Source: Elusimicrobiota bacterium (GTDB lineage: Bacteria > Elusimicrobiota > Elusimicrobia > 2-02-FULL-39-32). From it: a stretch of 64,000 nucleotides of DNA. The stretch's first letter is position 1. Each line of letters starts with the position of its first letter. Of the stretch, positions 45,241 to 55,400 are shown piece after piece. Below the pieces are notes generated by a model. That model was given only the letters and a program-made list of their open reading frames with translations, made no database searches and was not told the DNA's origin. The translations under genes were made by a program, and so were the position numbers. The stretch spans positions 3,401-67,400 of the forward strand of contig JAKFYJ010000011.1 of assembly GCA_021730935.1 (NCBI GenBank). The letters run 5' to 3'.

Positions 45241-47361
45241 ATGAAACCTAAAAATTCCCCGCCCAAGTGGCGATCATTTTCCGCGTATCTCAGGGATCTT
45301 TCGGGTGGTAAACGTCTTCTGGACGAGCCCACCGCGAAAGAACCGGATTTTTTCAACCGCGAACTTTCCTGGCTGAGGTTCAACGAGCGTGTTCTGAGCG
45401 AAGCGGCAGACTCTTCAGTTCCCCCACTGGAACGGCTCAACTTCGCGGCGATTGTGAGCACGAACCTGGACGAGTTTTTTATGGTGAGAGTGGCCGAAGT
45501 GGCGAGGCTGGCCAAACGCCTCCGGGGCCGGCATTTCAACGCTCCTTTTCATCCCACCCGCATCCTCGCCAAAATACGCGCCCATGTCATCAAGCAGAAA
45601 GAGAAACAATCGGTGATATTAAAAGATATCTTTCGCGCTTTGGGCGGTCACGGCATCCAGATTTTCTCTGAGTTTAAGGAATTTGCAGACCTGGACCGCG
45701 AGATCATGCAGGCACTCCCGAACCTGAGCTTCATCTTTAGGAAATATGCCGAGCCGCTCCCTCACCTGAAAAGCGGGCGCATCCATGTTTTGGTCCGCTT
45801 CACAAGTGAATACGCCGTCATCAGCCTTGAACACCGTGCCGACCGCCTTCTCCGGCTTCCTGATGATGCCGCGGGACAACGATATGTCCTTCTGGACCGT
45901 TGGATCGCGGCCCGCGCACAGAGTTTTTTCCCCAGCCGCGAAGTTCAGGAAGCCTTTTGCTTCAAGATCATCCGTGACGCTGATCTGCAGTTCCGCCGCG
46001 ACGACGACGCTGACGATTTGGAAGAGCAGATTGTCGAAGCCGTGCACAGGCGCTCCAACGCGCGCGTGGTGAGGCTGGAAGTGGACAGTCCTTCTTATTC
46101 TGAAGGATGCCTTTATCTTGCCACCATGATCGGCCTCGATTCCGCGGCACTTTACACTTTCAATCTCCCGCTGGATCTCAAAACGCTCCTGCGAATCTGT
46201 AAAAATGATCCGCCCAAAACTTTAAGATATCCCCCCATTTCTCCGATCCTGCCGCAGGCTTTTTCCCATAATCCTAATGTGTTCGAGGTGATAAAAAAGA
46301 AGGACGTTCTGCTCCATCATCCTTATGATTCCTTCGATGTCGTCGTGAATTTCCTGAACCAATCCTCGATGGATCCGAACGTCGCTTCGATCTGGCACAC
46401 GCTTTACCGCACAAGCAGTGAATCGCCCAACATGATGGCTTTGAAAAATGCCGCTCTCGCAGGGAAAAAAGTGGTGGTTTATGTGGAGATCAAGGCGCGT
46501 TTTGACGAGCTCAACAATGTGAAGTGGGCCGCGGAACTGAAAAAGGCCGGGTGCAAAGTCATCCGCGCCTTCGGGCATTTCAAGGTCCATTCCAAGCTCA
46601 CGCAGGTGGTGAGAGTTGAGAGCGGGAAAGAAGTATTTTATACCCACCTTGGAACCGGCAATTATCATCCAGACACGGCGAAATTGTATACGGATCTGGG
46701 GTTGCTCACCGCCGACCAAAACCTTGGGAAAGAAGTCGCTTCCTATTATAATTGGCTCTGGAAAGGCGAAAAACCCAGGTTCACTTTCAAAGATATTTTT
46801 GTGGCCCCTCAGGATTTGGACAGCCGTTTTCTTAAACTAATAAAAGAAGAAACCAAGATTCAGAAGGCAGGCGGCGCGGGCGTGATCTGGGCGAAAATGA
46901 ATTCTCTCGTCGATTCTAAGCTCATCGAAGCTTTGTATGAAGCGTCGCAAGCGGGAGTGAAAATTCGTCTCCTGGTGAGAGGAATCTGCTGTCTCAAGCC
47001 GGGAATCAAGGGACTGAGCGAGAACATTTCGGTGAAAAGCGTCGTGGACCGCTTTTTGGAGCACAGCCGCATTTATTATTTCAGGGCGGGAGGCAAAGAC
47101 AAGATTTATCTTTCCAGCGCGGATTGGATGCCGAGAAATTTCAATTCGCGTTATGAAATCGCATTTGCCGTGAAGGATCCTGAACTCAAATCTTATGTGA
47201 AAGACGTGATCCTGGCCAGAAGCCTGGGCGACAATGTGAAGGCCTGGAAGCTCTTGTCCGACGGAAAATATGTCAGGATTGTTCCGAAGCTTGGAGAAAA
47301 ACCGCTCCGGAGCCAGCAGATGTTCGCGGAACTCGCTTTAGCGGCGGCCGAAAAAAATTGA
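45241..47361 (+). CDS. ppk: Polyphosphate kinase 1
   Basis: FFNRELSWLRFNERVLSEAAD..., the conserved N-domain. The phospho-His region KVIRAFGHFKVHSKL and a PLD-like C-terminus are present. The start is uncertain (45181 GTG, 45202 ATG or 45241 ATG). A TATAAT lies at 45214..45219. Confidence 0.85.
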   Translation: MKPKNSPPKWRSFSAYLRDLSGGKRLLDEPTAKEPDFFNRELSWLRFNERVLSEAADSSVPPLERLNFAAIVSTNLDEFFMVRVAEVARLAKRLRGRHFNAPFHPTRILAKIRAHVIKQKEKQSVILKDIFRALGGHGIQIFSEFKEFADLDREIMQALPNLSFIFRKYAEPLPHLKSGRIHVLVRFTSEYAVISLEHRADRLLRLPDDAAGQRYVLLDRWIAARAQSFFPSREVQEAFCFKIIRDADLQFRRDDDADDLEEQIVEAVHRRSNARVVRLEVDSPSYSEGCLYLATMIGLDSAALYTFNLPLDLKTLLRICKNDPPKTLRYPPISPILPQAFSHNPNVFEVIKKKDVLLHHPYDSFDVVVNFLNQSSMDPNVASIWHTLYRTSSESPNMMALKNAALAGKKVVVYVEIKARFDELNNVKWAAELKKAGCKVIRAFGHFKVHSKLTQVVRVESGKEVFYTHLGTGNYHPDTAKLYTDLGLLTADQNLGKEVASYYNWLWKGEKPRFTFKDIFVAPQDLDSRFLKLIKEETKIQKAGGAGVIWAKMNSLVDSKLIEALYEASQAGVKIRLLVRGICCLKPGIKGLSENISVKSVVDRFLEHSRIYYFRAGGKDKIYLSSADWMPRNFNSRYEIAFAVKDPELKSYVKDVILARSLGDNVKAWKLLSDGKYVRIVPKLGEKPLRSQQMFAELALAAAEKN

Positions 47362-48177
47362 AGTGCAGCGGTGATATTTGTCCAGGCTTTCGGTTTTCAG
47401 CCGGAAACTCCGAACCACTTTTCTGTCGAACTTAACCAAATCTTGCAGATGCCGGAGTTTGCTGAACAGGGAGCTGTTTTCGGCCTTGATCTCATTTTCA
47501 TATTCATAAAAAGTTGAAAGCGGATAGGGCCCCATGGGCGTGATGTGGAAAGCAGAAACGCGGTCGATGGACGGTTCCAAATAAGCTCCATCGCCCAGGT
47601 CCACCGAATATTTGTCCTTCTGATACAAACTGATGATGGGCGCTGAAGAAATTTTTCCGATGGTGTTTTCCCCCAGGTGCCTTTTCATCGATTGAACCAT
47701 CGCTTTCCCGGCATGCCGTTTCAGGATCATGGGGACGGAAGTCTTGGCAAAGTGGATGGCGTCATGATGGCTTTCTTCAAGCGAAATTCTCCGAAGAGCC
47801 GTTGAAGAAAACTCGGAACGGAAGAGCAGGTCGTTTTCTAAAAAACCCGGACCTTTATACTGCAGATAAACTTTTGATCCCCCCTTTTTGAACCGGAGGC
47901 GCAAGCTCGCTCCCAGACGGAAAAGATCCATTTTAGGCGTGTCCAAGAACTGGTCAAAAAAATAGGTTGTTTTAATGTGGCGGGTTTTTTTGCTTTCCGA
48001 GATGAATTCTTTGAGCCGCTCGACTTGCCCCGGGAGGATGCGCTTTTTGGATTCTATTTCGACGAAGCGCAAGTCATCGATCTTGAGCGCAGAATAAAGT
48101 TCCTCTCTCAATCCTTCAAAATTATTGATGTCCATGACTTTGAGGCCAGTATACAACATTTTTTGCGTGTCACTCAC
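47338..48177 (-). CDS. CYTH-like domain protein (putative triphosphate tunnel metalloenzyme)
   Basis: The ExExK signature lies in ...LRFVEIESKKRIL... Later acidic motifs are present. Its 3' end overlaps the ppk1 3' end by 24 bp (convergent). Confidence 0.4.
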   Translation of the reverse strand: MSDTQKMLYTGLKVMDINNFEGLREELYSALKIDDLRFVEIESKKRILPGQVERLKEFISESKKTRHIKTTYFFDQFLDTPKMDLFRLGASLRLRFKKGGSKVYLQYKGPGFLENDLLFRSEFSSTALRRISLEESHHDAIHFAKTSVPMILKRHAGKAMVQSMKRHLGENTIGKISSAPIISLYQKDKYSVDLGDGAYLEPSIDRVSAFHITPMGPYPLSTFYEYENEIKAENSSLFSKLRHLQDLVKFDRKVVRSFRLKTESLDKYHRCTSIFFGRR

Positions 48178-48234
48178 TTTTTACACGGAATTTACCCCGC
48201 GATCATGGGCATTTTTGTCTTCATGGCCTATAAT
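48169..48234 (+). promoter_or_regulatory. Phased Pho-box-like heptamer array plus a -10 TATAAT for the PlcP-like operon
   Basis: Heptamers at an 11-bp pitch: GTCACTC (48169), TTTACAC (48180), TTTACCC (48191), a weak ATCATGG (48202) and TTTTGTC (48213). A 9-bp gap follows, then TATAAT at 48229..48234. Confidence 0.5.
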
Positions 48235-48271
48235 CTTGCTTGTGAATAACCTGTGGATAACTAAAGAGAAG

Positions 48272-49069
48272 TTGTCATATGACGAGCCGGAAGGAAAACA
48301 CCGGTATCGTTCCATCTTCATTTCCGACACGCACATCGGGACTGCGGGATGCAAATCCGATTTCTTGCTGGACTTCCTGAAACACAACGAATCCAAATAT
48401 CTTTATCTGGTCGGCGATATCATCGATGGTTGGGAACTCAAAAAATCCTGGAATTGGATGCAGGACCACAACGACATCATTCAGAAAGTCCTCCGCAAAG
48501 CCCGGAAAGGGACGAAAGTATTTTATATCCCTGGCAACCACGACGAGTTCCTGCGGGATTATTTGGGACACAAGTTCGGCGGCATTTCCGTGCTTTATGA
48601 AACCGTTCACAGGACCGCCGACGGCAAAAACCTGCTCGTCCTCCATGGAGATAAGTTCGACGGGATCATCATGAACTCGCGCTGGCTCGCGGAGCTCGGG
48701 AGCACGGCCTACAACTTCACGATCTTCATAAACCGTTGGTTCAACGCGGCGCGCAGAAAGCTGGGATATCCTTATTGGTCCCTTTCGGCGTATCTTAAAC
48801 TCAAGGTCAAAAGCGCCGGCGGGTTCATTGAAAACTTTGAGCGGGCCCTTGTCCGCGAAGCCAAGCGGCGCGGGATGGACGGGGTTGTCTGCGGGCACAT
48901 CCATAAAGCCGACATGAAAATGATCGACGGCATCGAATATTTGAACGACGGGGACTGGGTGGAAAGCTGCACGGCTTTGGTGGAACACTTTGACGGGCGT
49001 CTCGAAATCATTCACTGGCACGACGCGGTTGCTCCCACTCTCATGATGGCCCGCGCTGGGACGAGATGA
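48272..49069 (+). CDS. Calcineurin-like metallophosphoesterase, LpxH/PlcP-like
   Basis: Motifs FISDTHIG, YLVGDIIDGW, GNHDE and CGHIH. The probable TTG start is at 48272, with an AAAGAGAAG SD-like sequence upstream (no in-frame ATG exists upstream of the motifs). The 3' end overlaps the next gene as ATGA. Confidence 0.6.
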   Translation: MSYDEPEGKHRYRSIFISDTHIGTAGCKSDFLLDFLKHNESKYLYLVGDIIDGWELKKSWNWMQDHNDIIQKVLRKARKGTKVFYIPGNHDEFLRDYLGHKFGGISVLYETVHRTADGKNLLVLHGDKFDGIIMNSRWLAELGSTAYNFTIFINRWFNAARRKLGYPYWSLSAYLKLKVKSAGGFIENFERALVREAKRRGMDGVVCGHIHKADMKMIDGIEYLNDGDWVESCTALVEHFDGRLEIIHWHDAVAPTLMMARAGTR

Positions 49070-50064
49070 ACATCGTTCTCGTTTCGGATGCCTGGACGCC
49101 CCAGGTGAACGGAGTTGTGACCACCTTGAGGACGGTCTCAAACCAGCTTGAAGTTTTGGGGCATTCCGTTTATGTCGTGAGCCCCGACCAATTCAAAACC
49201 ATCCCGTGCCCGACCTATCCCGAAATCCGTCTTGCTCTGAATCCGGGCAAAAAAATTTCCGATCTCATGGCGTCCTTGAGGCCCTCGGCGGTCCATATTG
49301 CGACCGAAGGGCCTCTGGGAATCGCCGCGAGGTCTTATTGCATAAAACAAAGGATTCCCTTCACGACGTCGTTCCACACGCGTTTCCCCGAATATATCGA
49401 GGCGCGGACCAGAATTCCCTCACAGTGGACATATCCCCTCGTGCGCTGGTTCCACGGAGCGGCGAGCCGCACAATGGTGGCGACCGACACTCTGGTGAGC
49501 GAACTTTCGGGCAGAGGATTCAGCAATGTCGTGCGCTGGTCCAGAGGCGTGGACACGGACCTTTTTCATCCCAGATCCAAGGACTTCCTGCAATTCCCCA
49601 GACCCATCTTCCTTTATGTGGGCCGCGTTTCAGTGGAAAAGAACATCAAATCATTTTTGAATCTGAATTTGAAAGGAACGAAGCTGGTGGTCGGAGACGG
49701 CCCGGATCTGCGGAAACTTAAATCAGAATATCCGGAGGTAAAATTTGTTGGAGCAAAATTCGGAGAAGAGCTGGCCCATCATTATGCCGCGAGCGACGTT
49801 TTTGTGTTCCCCAGCAAGACAGACACTTTTGGGCTGGTCCTCCTGGAAGCCATGGCCAGCGGGATTCCGGTTGCGGCCTATCCTGTCCCCGGCCCCAACG
49901 ATGTGGTCGGCAATTCCGGAGCTGGAATCTTGTCGGACAATCTCGAGCAGGCCGCAGTGGACTGTCTGAAAATCGATCCTCAAATCTGCCGCGATCACGC
50001 TCTCAAATTTTCCTGGGAAGCCTGTTCCAAACTTTTTCTGAGCCACCTTGAACCCATCCATTAA
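49066..50064 (+). CDS. Glycosyltransferase family 4 (GT-B, retaining), Agt-like
   Basis: An N-terminal GT4 domain (NGVVTTLR...) and the C-terminal E-x7-E region (FVFPSKTDTFGLVLLEAMASGIPV). Confidence 0.7.
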   Translation: MNIVLVSDAWTPQVNGVVTTLRTVSNQLEVLGHSVYVVSPDQFKTIPCPTYPEIRLALNPGKKISDLMASLRPSAVHIATEGPLGIAARSYCIKQRIPFTTSFHTRFPEYIEARTRIPSQWTYPLVRWFHGAASRTMVATDTLVSELSGRGFSNVVRWSRGVDTDLFHPRSKDFLQFPRPIFLYVGRVSVEKNIKSFLNLNLKGTKLVVGDGPDLRKLKSEYPEVKFVGAKFGEELAHHYAASDVFVFPSKTDTFGLVLLEAMASGIPVAAYPVPGPNDVVGNSGAGILSDNLEQAAVDCLKIDPQICRDHALKFSWEACSKLFLSHLEPIH

Positions 50065-51175
50065 CATCCTTATTTTATACGCGTCCGTCGGAGAAGGCCA
50101 CCGAAGCGCCGCGCTCGCCGTTCAATCCGCCATGAAGGAGGCCCGCCCCGATGCTTATGTGGATTGCCTGGACGTCCTGCAGTTCGCTCGCCCCATTTTT
50201 AAGAAAATATATTCCGGAGGCTATGTTTCGCTCCTGCAGCGAGCGCCTTCGCTTGTGGCCTCTCTTTATGAAAACTTCGACCAAAACCGTCCCGGAGATT
50301 CCATCCTCGACTGCGTGAGGCTGTTTCTGGAAGAATCCGGGCTCCCTGAATTTGAGGAATTTCTTCAAAGCCGGCGTTATGACCTCATCATCAACACTCA
50401 TTTTTTGCCGACCGAAATTGTGGCGGCCCTTAAAAAGCGGGAAAAAATTTCCGTTCCTCAAGTGACGGTCACCACGGATTTCATGACGCACAAGCTCTGG
50501 GTGCATGAACCCTGCGAGCATTATTTTACGGCGACAGCGGAGGGTGCGGAACATTTGGAAACTTTTGGGGTCCCTAAAAATAAAATTACTCCTGCCGGAA
50601 TTCCCATCCGCCCTGGCTTTCACCCCAACGGCTTGGTGAAAAATGACCGGCCTTCGATCTTGGTCATCGGCGGCGGACTTGGACTGGGTCCCATTTTGGA
50701 CATTTATCGAAAACTCCTCGAGATTGAAACGCCTCTCACCCTTCAGGTGGTGGCGGGCCGAAACGAACAGGTCAAATCCGATCTTGAAAAGTTCCCAGTC
50801 CCTCCGCGGCATCAATCTTGCATTTATGGGTTCACCGAAAAAATGCCCGAACTCATGAGCCATGCGGACATCATCCTGACCAAACCCGGCGGGCTGAGCG
50901 TTTCCGAAGCCCTCGCTTCCGGCGCCGTGATCTGCGTCGTAAACCCCTTCCCCGGCCAGGAAGATTTCAACGCAGGATTTCTCATCCGCAATGAAGCCGG
51001 CATCTCGATCAAAGACACGAATTTAATCCCCGACGAAATTTCAGCGCTATTAAATAATAAAAATAAGGTTGAGATCATGAAGAAAAACTCCCATAATCTA
51101 TCCAAACCCCATGCCGCAAGAACCATCGCAGAAAAATCTCTGGAGTTTGTCGCCGCCCATGAAAAGAGAAATTAA
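50048..51175 (+). CDS. Diacylglycerol glycosyltransferase, MGDG-synthase/UgtP-like (GT28)
   Basis: N-terminus INILILYASVGEGHRSAALAV, the GT28 N-terminal signature. TTG start at 50048. Overlaps the previous gene. Confidence 0.6.
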   Translation: MNPSINILILYASVGEGHRSAALAVQSAMKEARPDAYVDCLDVLQFARPIFKKIYSGGYVSLLQRAPSLVASLYENFDQNRPGDSILDCVRLFLEESGLPEFEEFLQSRRYDLIINTHFLPTEIVAALKKREKISVPQVTVTTDFMTHKLWVHEPCEHYFTATAEGAEHLETFGVPKNKITPAGIPIRPGFHPNGLVKNDRPSILVIGGGLGLGPILDIYRKLLEIETPLTLQVVAGRNEQVKSDLEKFPVPPRHQSCIYGFTEKMPELMSHADIILTKPGGLSVSEALASGAVICVVNPFPGQEDFNAGFLIRNEAGISIKDTNLIPDEISALLNNKNKVEIMKKNSHNLSKPHAARTIAEKSLEFVAAHEKRN

Positions 51176-51725
51176 GCGGAAGCTCTTTCATGCTCTCTCG
51201 CTCGTCTATGCCGCGGGCTATTATTATCTCGGCAAGGAATCGGTGCTGAAAATACTCGTGCCTGCGATCGTGATCGTGGGGATTGTGGAGTCCTCCCGCC
51301 TTCTTTTTCCCAAACTGAATCAGGCCATCATGCCTCTTTTCGGCGGCATTCAGCGCGAGTCCGAAATGACCCGCTTCTCCGGCATCTTTTGGACTCTTTT
51401 GGGATGCATCCTCACCATTTGGATTTTTAAAGATCCCAGGATTATCCTCTGCTCGCTTGGATATTTGGTTTTCGCGGACGCGGCGGCGGCTCTCGTCGGA
51501 GTGCCGCTTGGACGCCATAAATTTTTCGGCAAGAGCATGGAAGGAAGCCTGGCATGTTTTACGGCCAGTCTTTTGGTGGGTTTGGTGTTTTTGAATCCTT
51601 TATGGGCCGTTTCCGCCGCATTTTTCGTCACGGCGGTGGAGCTCGCGCCCCTCCCCTGGAACGACAATTTATGGATTCCCACCCTCTCGGGCTGTTTCTT
51701 GACTCTAAAAAGTATTATTCTATAA
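51159..51725 (+). CDS. CTP-transferase-like integral membrane protein (CdsA / phytol-dolichol kinase family)
   Basis: MKREIKRKLFHALSL...ADAAAALVGVPLGRHKF..GKSMEGSLACF, the family's C-terminal signature. Multiple TM segments. The start overlaps the previous gene. Confidence 0.45.
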   Translation: MKREIKRKLFHALSLVYAAGYYYLGKESVLKILVPAIVIVGIVESSRLLFPKLNQAIMPLFGGIQRESEMTRFSGIFWTLLGCILTIWIFKDPRIILCSLGYLVFADAAAALVGVPLGRHKFFGKSMEGSLACFTASLLVGLVFLNPLWAVSAAFFVTAVELAPLPWNDNLWIPTLSGCFLTLKSIIL

Positions 51726-51727
51726 CC

Positions 51728-52411
51728 ATGCTGAAAGAAAAAGTCCTCATCGTTGAAGACGAAAAAGAAATTTCCAAGCTCCTGAAATATAACCTCGAAA
51801 AAGAGGGGTATCAGGTTTTTGCCGCGACCGACGGAGAAGCGGGGCTTGCCCTCGCGAAATCCAAACATCCCGACATGATCATTCTGGACCTCATGCTCCC
51901 CAAACTTTCCGGTATCGAAGTCTGCAAGATGATCCGCAAAGATTCCCAGGTGCCCATCATCATGCTCACAGCCAAAAAAGAAGAGACGGACCGCGTTCTG
52001 GGCTTGGAACTCGGCGCCGACGATTATGTGACCAAACCTTTCAGTGTCCGGGAACTCCTGGCCAGGATAAAATCCCTTTTCCGCAGGTCCAAAGAAAAAA
52101 CGAGCGACGCGAAAGTCGTGCGCGCCGGAAAGTTGGAAGTGGACCTGGAACGATATGAAGTGAAACTCGCGGATAAGCTCGTTGAGCTTTCTTCCAAAGA
52201 ATTTACATTCCTCAAAGTCCTCCTCTCCGCCCAGGGCAAGGTGCTCACTCGCGATCAGCTTCTGGAATCAGTCTGGGGCTATGATCAGGCCTCTGAAATC
52301 GACACGCGCACCGTCGATCAGCATGTGGCGCGCCTGCGCGTCAAGCTCGGCTCGGAAGCGTCCCGCCTCGCCACCGTCAAAAACATCGGCTACAAATTCA
52401 AGATTAACTAA
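51728..52411 (+). CDS. phoB: OmpR/PhoB-family response regulator (tentative PhoB)
   Basis: A receiver domain (VLIVEDE...DLMLP...TAKKEETD) plus a winged-helix domain (TVDQHVARLRVKLG...IGYKF). It is similar to E. coli PhoB throughout. The real start is the ATG at 51728. Confidence 0.7.
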   Translation: MLKEKVLIVEDEKEISKLLKYNLEKEGYQVFAATDGEAGLALAKSKHPDMIILDLMLPKLSGIEVCKMIRKDSQVPIIMLTAKKEETDRVLGLELGADDYVTKPFSVRELLARIKSLFRRSKEKTSDAKVVRAGKLEVDLERYEVKLADKLVELSSKEFTFLKVLLSAQGKVLTRDQLLESVWGYDQASEIDTRTVDQHVARLRVKLGSEASRLATVKNIGYKFKIN

Positions 52412-52419
52412 AAAAATCC

Positions 52420-52448
52420 GTCACGGGACTTTCACACCCATTTTACTT
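52420..52448 (+). promoter_or_regulatory. Phased Pho-box-like heptamer array upstream of giant gene B
   Basis: GTCACGG (52420), 4 bp, TTCACAC (52431), 4 bp, TTTACTT (52442). The 7-4-7-4-7 geometry matches the arrays at pstS and the PlcP-like gene. Confidence 0.45.
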
Positions 52449-52499
52449 CGCTTCAATGGGTTTTCGGCCCGCAGTGAGATAAGATGAACGCCATAACTT

Positions 52500-55400
52500 A
52501 TGATCAGGCGTCTCCTTCTCGCGTGTTATGTGTTTGCAATGACGGCTCCGCCCTATGCTGAGGCGTCTTTTTGGAGTGAAAGAAAAGCGGCAACGGAGCG
52601 GATGCATCAGTCCGGCAGGCAGATCCGCCGAATTCTTCCCCTTGAGAGTGAAGTCCAAAACCCCGTTTCAGATTTAGGCTTCTCAATTCCAGAATCTGTC
52701 GGGACTGTTGTTGAATCCTGGACGGAGGGATCGCCTCAGCTTCCGGTCATCCTGCACATCCAAGACGCGCACAACCATTTCGCGGCCCAAAAAAATCTGG
52801 CCCGAGTTTTGAACGCCGTTGCTGAAACCTCTGCAGATAAAACCGCGCTGAGTGACCCTTTGCCTGTTTATGTTGAAGGCGCTTGGACACGGATCGAGAC
52901 GGCCTTTTTAGGCGCTTTCCCGGACGAGCGGCTCAGGGAGAAGTCTGCGCAGACCCTGCTGAAGAAAAATCGGATCAGGGGCGAAGAATATTTTGCGATC
53001 CTGCATCCGGGGGCCATTGCGATTCATGGCGTTGAAGATCCCGATCTTTATCAGGCGAATGTGACAGCCCGGGACTCCGCGCGGTCTTCCCTGGACGCGC
53101 GTATCTCCGAAATCAATTCGGAACGCGCGCTGATCTCTCAGGCAAAGATGGAAATTTATCCCCCCTCGTTGCGCGAACTCGACCTTGTCCGAGAAAAAGT
53201 TGACGCTCAGCAAAATACGCTGAAAGATCTTCTCCGCCTCGTGATCAAGACCTGTCCCAAAACTTGGGCAAAGGATGCGTTCCCGGAACTGAAGAAATTC
53301 CTGGACGCCGCCGTTTTCGAAGATCAGGTTTCGTCAAAGGGTCTGGAAGGCGAGCGCGCCGCAGTCCAGAAAATTCTAAGCGAAAACCTAACGGGTTCCC
53401 AGGCGTCGGATTTCCTGAACCTTTGCCTTCAGTTCCGTCTTGGGAAAGTCAGTTCGCGCGTTTTTCATTCCCGCCTTGCCTCCATGGCCAGAGCCTTTTC
53501 AATTCATGTCCCCAACCTCGACAATCTTGTCCAAGGCCTGAACCAGTCAGGAAATATTGGCTATGACAAAATAGAAAAAGAATTGGACGAGCTTATGATT
53601 TCTGCGTCTGCAGAATTGATTGAATCTCAGGTTCGGCCGGAACTTCGTCAAAGGGCGAACGAAATATATGGCAAAGACCGGACCCTCTCTTTCAACGCCA
53701 AGTGCCTCAAATGGCAGGTGTCATCGAACGAATGGCACCGCCGAAGAAATGAAATTGAATCCATCAACCAGGGCCAGGTCAAGTTTATGGCTGAATCGTA
53801 TTATGACCTCGCTTTGCGGCGGGACCGGGCCATGGTTGAAAACCTCTCGCGATGCATCAAGCCCGGAACGCGCTCGGCCATTCTCATTGCCGGGGGATAT
53901 CACACCGAAGGCATCACGGAACTTCTGAAAGCAAAAGGGTTCCGTTATCTCGTTATCCGTCCTTCTTTGCAGATTGAATCGGGTGAAAGCTCCGCGGAGG
54001 GTCTCTCTTCGCTTCAGGCATGGGATGACCTAAAATCCGCCTATGCCGGCGCGCTCGAAAAGATCCTTTCTCAAGACAAAGAAGCTTTGTCTGTCAGAGA
54101 AGCGGTGGATGTCCTGAAGACCCTGGATTTGTCTGTGCCAGTTTTGATTGATGGAAAGCCCTATGCTTTGGGGCATTCCCCCTTCCTCTCGCCTTCCAGC
54201 TTCGCATGGCCGTTGACGGGACGCGGGATGGACGGGAACTATGCAAAATCCGGAACTAAAAAAATATACGGCCACACTCTGCGCAGCATGAGCGCATTTA
54301 ACAGCATGGGTTCTCCTGCCCGGCTTCTGCCTGAATTTTTTGCGGCGATGCTGCAGAACGGCGGCGAATCGATGGAAGACCTCAGGGTTTTGGAGGATTT
54401 ACTGCATGACGGCATGACGCTTGAATTGCCTGAAGGCAGTCACGGCGCGGCCGGAGGCATTATCAAACTTCTTTCGAAGGTGCGGTTTGTTCCCGGGCTG
54501 ATGAACATTGCGCATAACGGATCTCTTCGGATCACGATTAAACGCGACCGCCTGCCGGAAACCATGGTGACTCCGGCATCCATATTTTATCCTTATCGCA
54601 AGGCTGTCCTGGAAAAACGCCTCCCGAAACCTCAGTCTTGGGCGAAAAAAACCGCGATGTTTCTGGGTGAACTCAAGGTCACCGCGGTTTGGGAAACCGT
54701 GCTTTTTAGAATATTGCCTGTGCTGATGTTTCAGCAGGGAGGTTCCATTCACTCTCAAGGCTGGACCGCAGGAGCCCTCACGCTTCTGACCCTCTTTCCT
54801 CTTTCCCACTCAATCGTTTCATGGCGCGTGCATGAGAGTGAAATCAAGGGCCGCTCAGCGGTTAAGCCCCGATATATGGCCAATCTCTTTGTTCACCTCG
54901 GCATCAGTTTGTTTTTGCTCGTTCCGTTTTTCCAGTTCAGTCTTGTTCCCGCCGCGGCCGTCAGTTTGGGGACGCAGATGCTCCTGGACTTCGCCATCGA
55001 CGGGGCTCTGGATAACCATAAAAATGATAACCGTCATTATTCTCAAGCGATGCCTTATCAAGAGAAAGAGCTTCCTTCAACCTTGGAAGTCACGAACCCG
55101 GACCTGGTGAAATGGAGAGAAATTCTCAACAGCCCTGCGCCTCTTGGAAGGAAAGAGTGCATGGCCATCCTGAACATCGCCAAAGCCGTGATCAACAACA
55201 ATTTCATCAGGCCCCGGACCCTGGTGAGATATCTCCACGAGGTTGGGCGCACCAACCGACAGCTGACGATCCTCAGCCGTGTGACTGCCGACCGTCTCAT
55301 TCTCCAGGTCGAAAACGGCTCTTTGGACCCTGATCTGGCCCATGATCTGGTGCGTTATGCGAGAGAGCTCAAAAAATTTGCGGGATATTCCCTGATTTAT

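Noticed and set aside
51699-51726. TTGACT-N16-TATAAC immediately before the phoB-like ATG
   Set aside because: The -10 ends only 1 nt before the ATG, which gives the wrong geometry for a leaderless start. It also lies inside the upstream CdsA-like coding sequence. Probably fortuitous.
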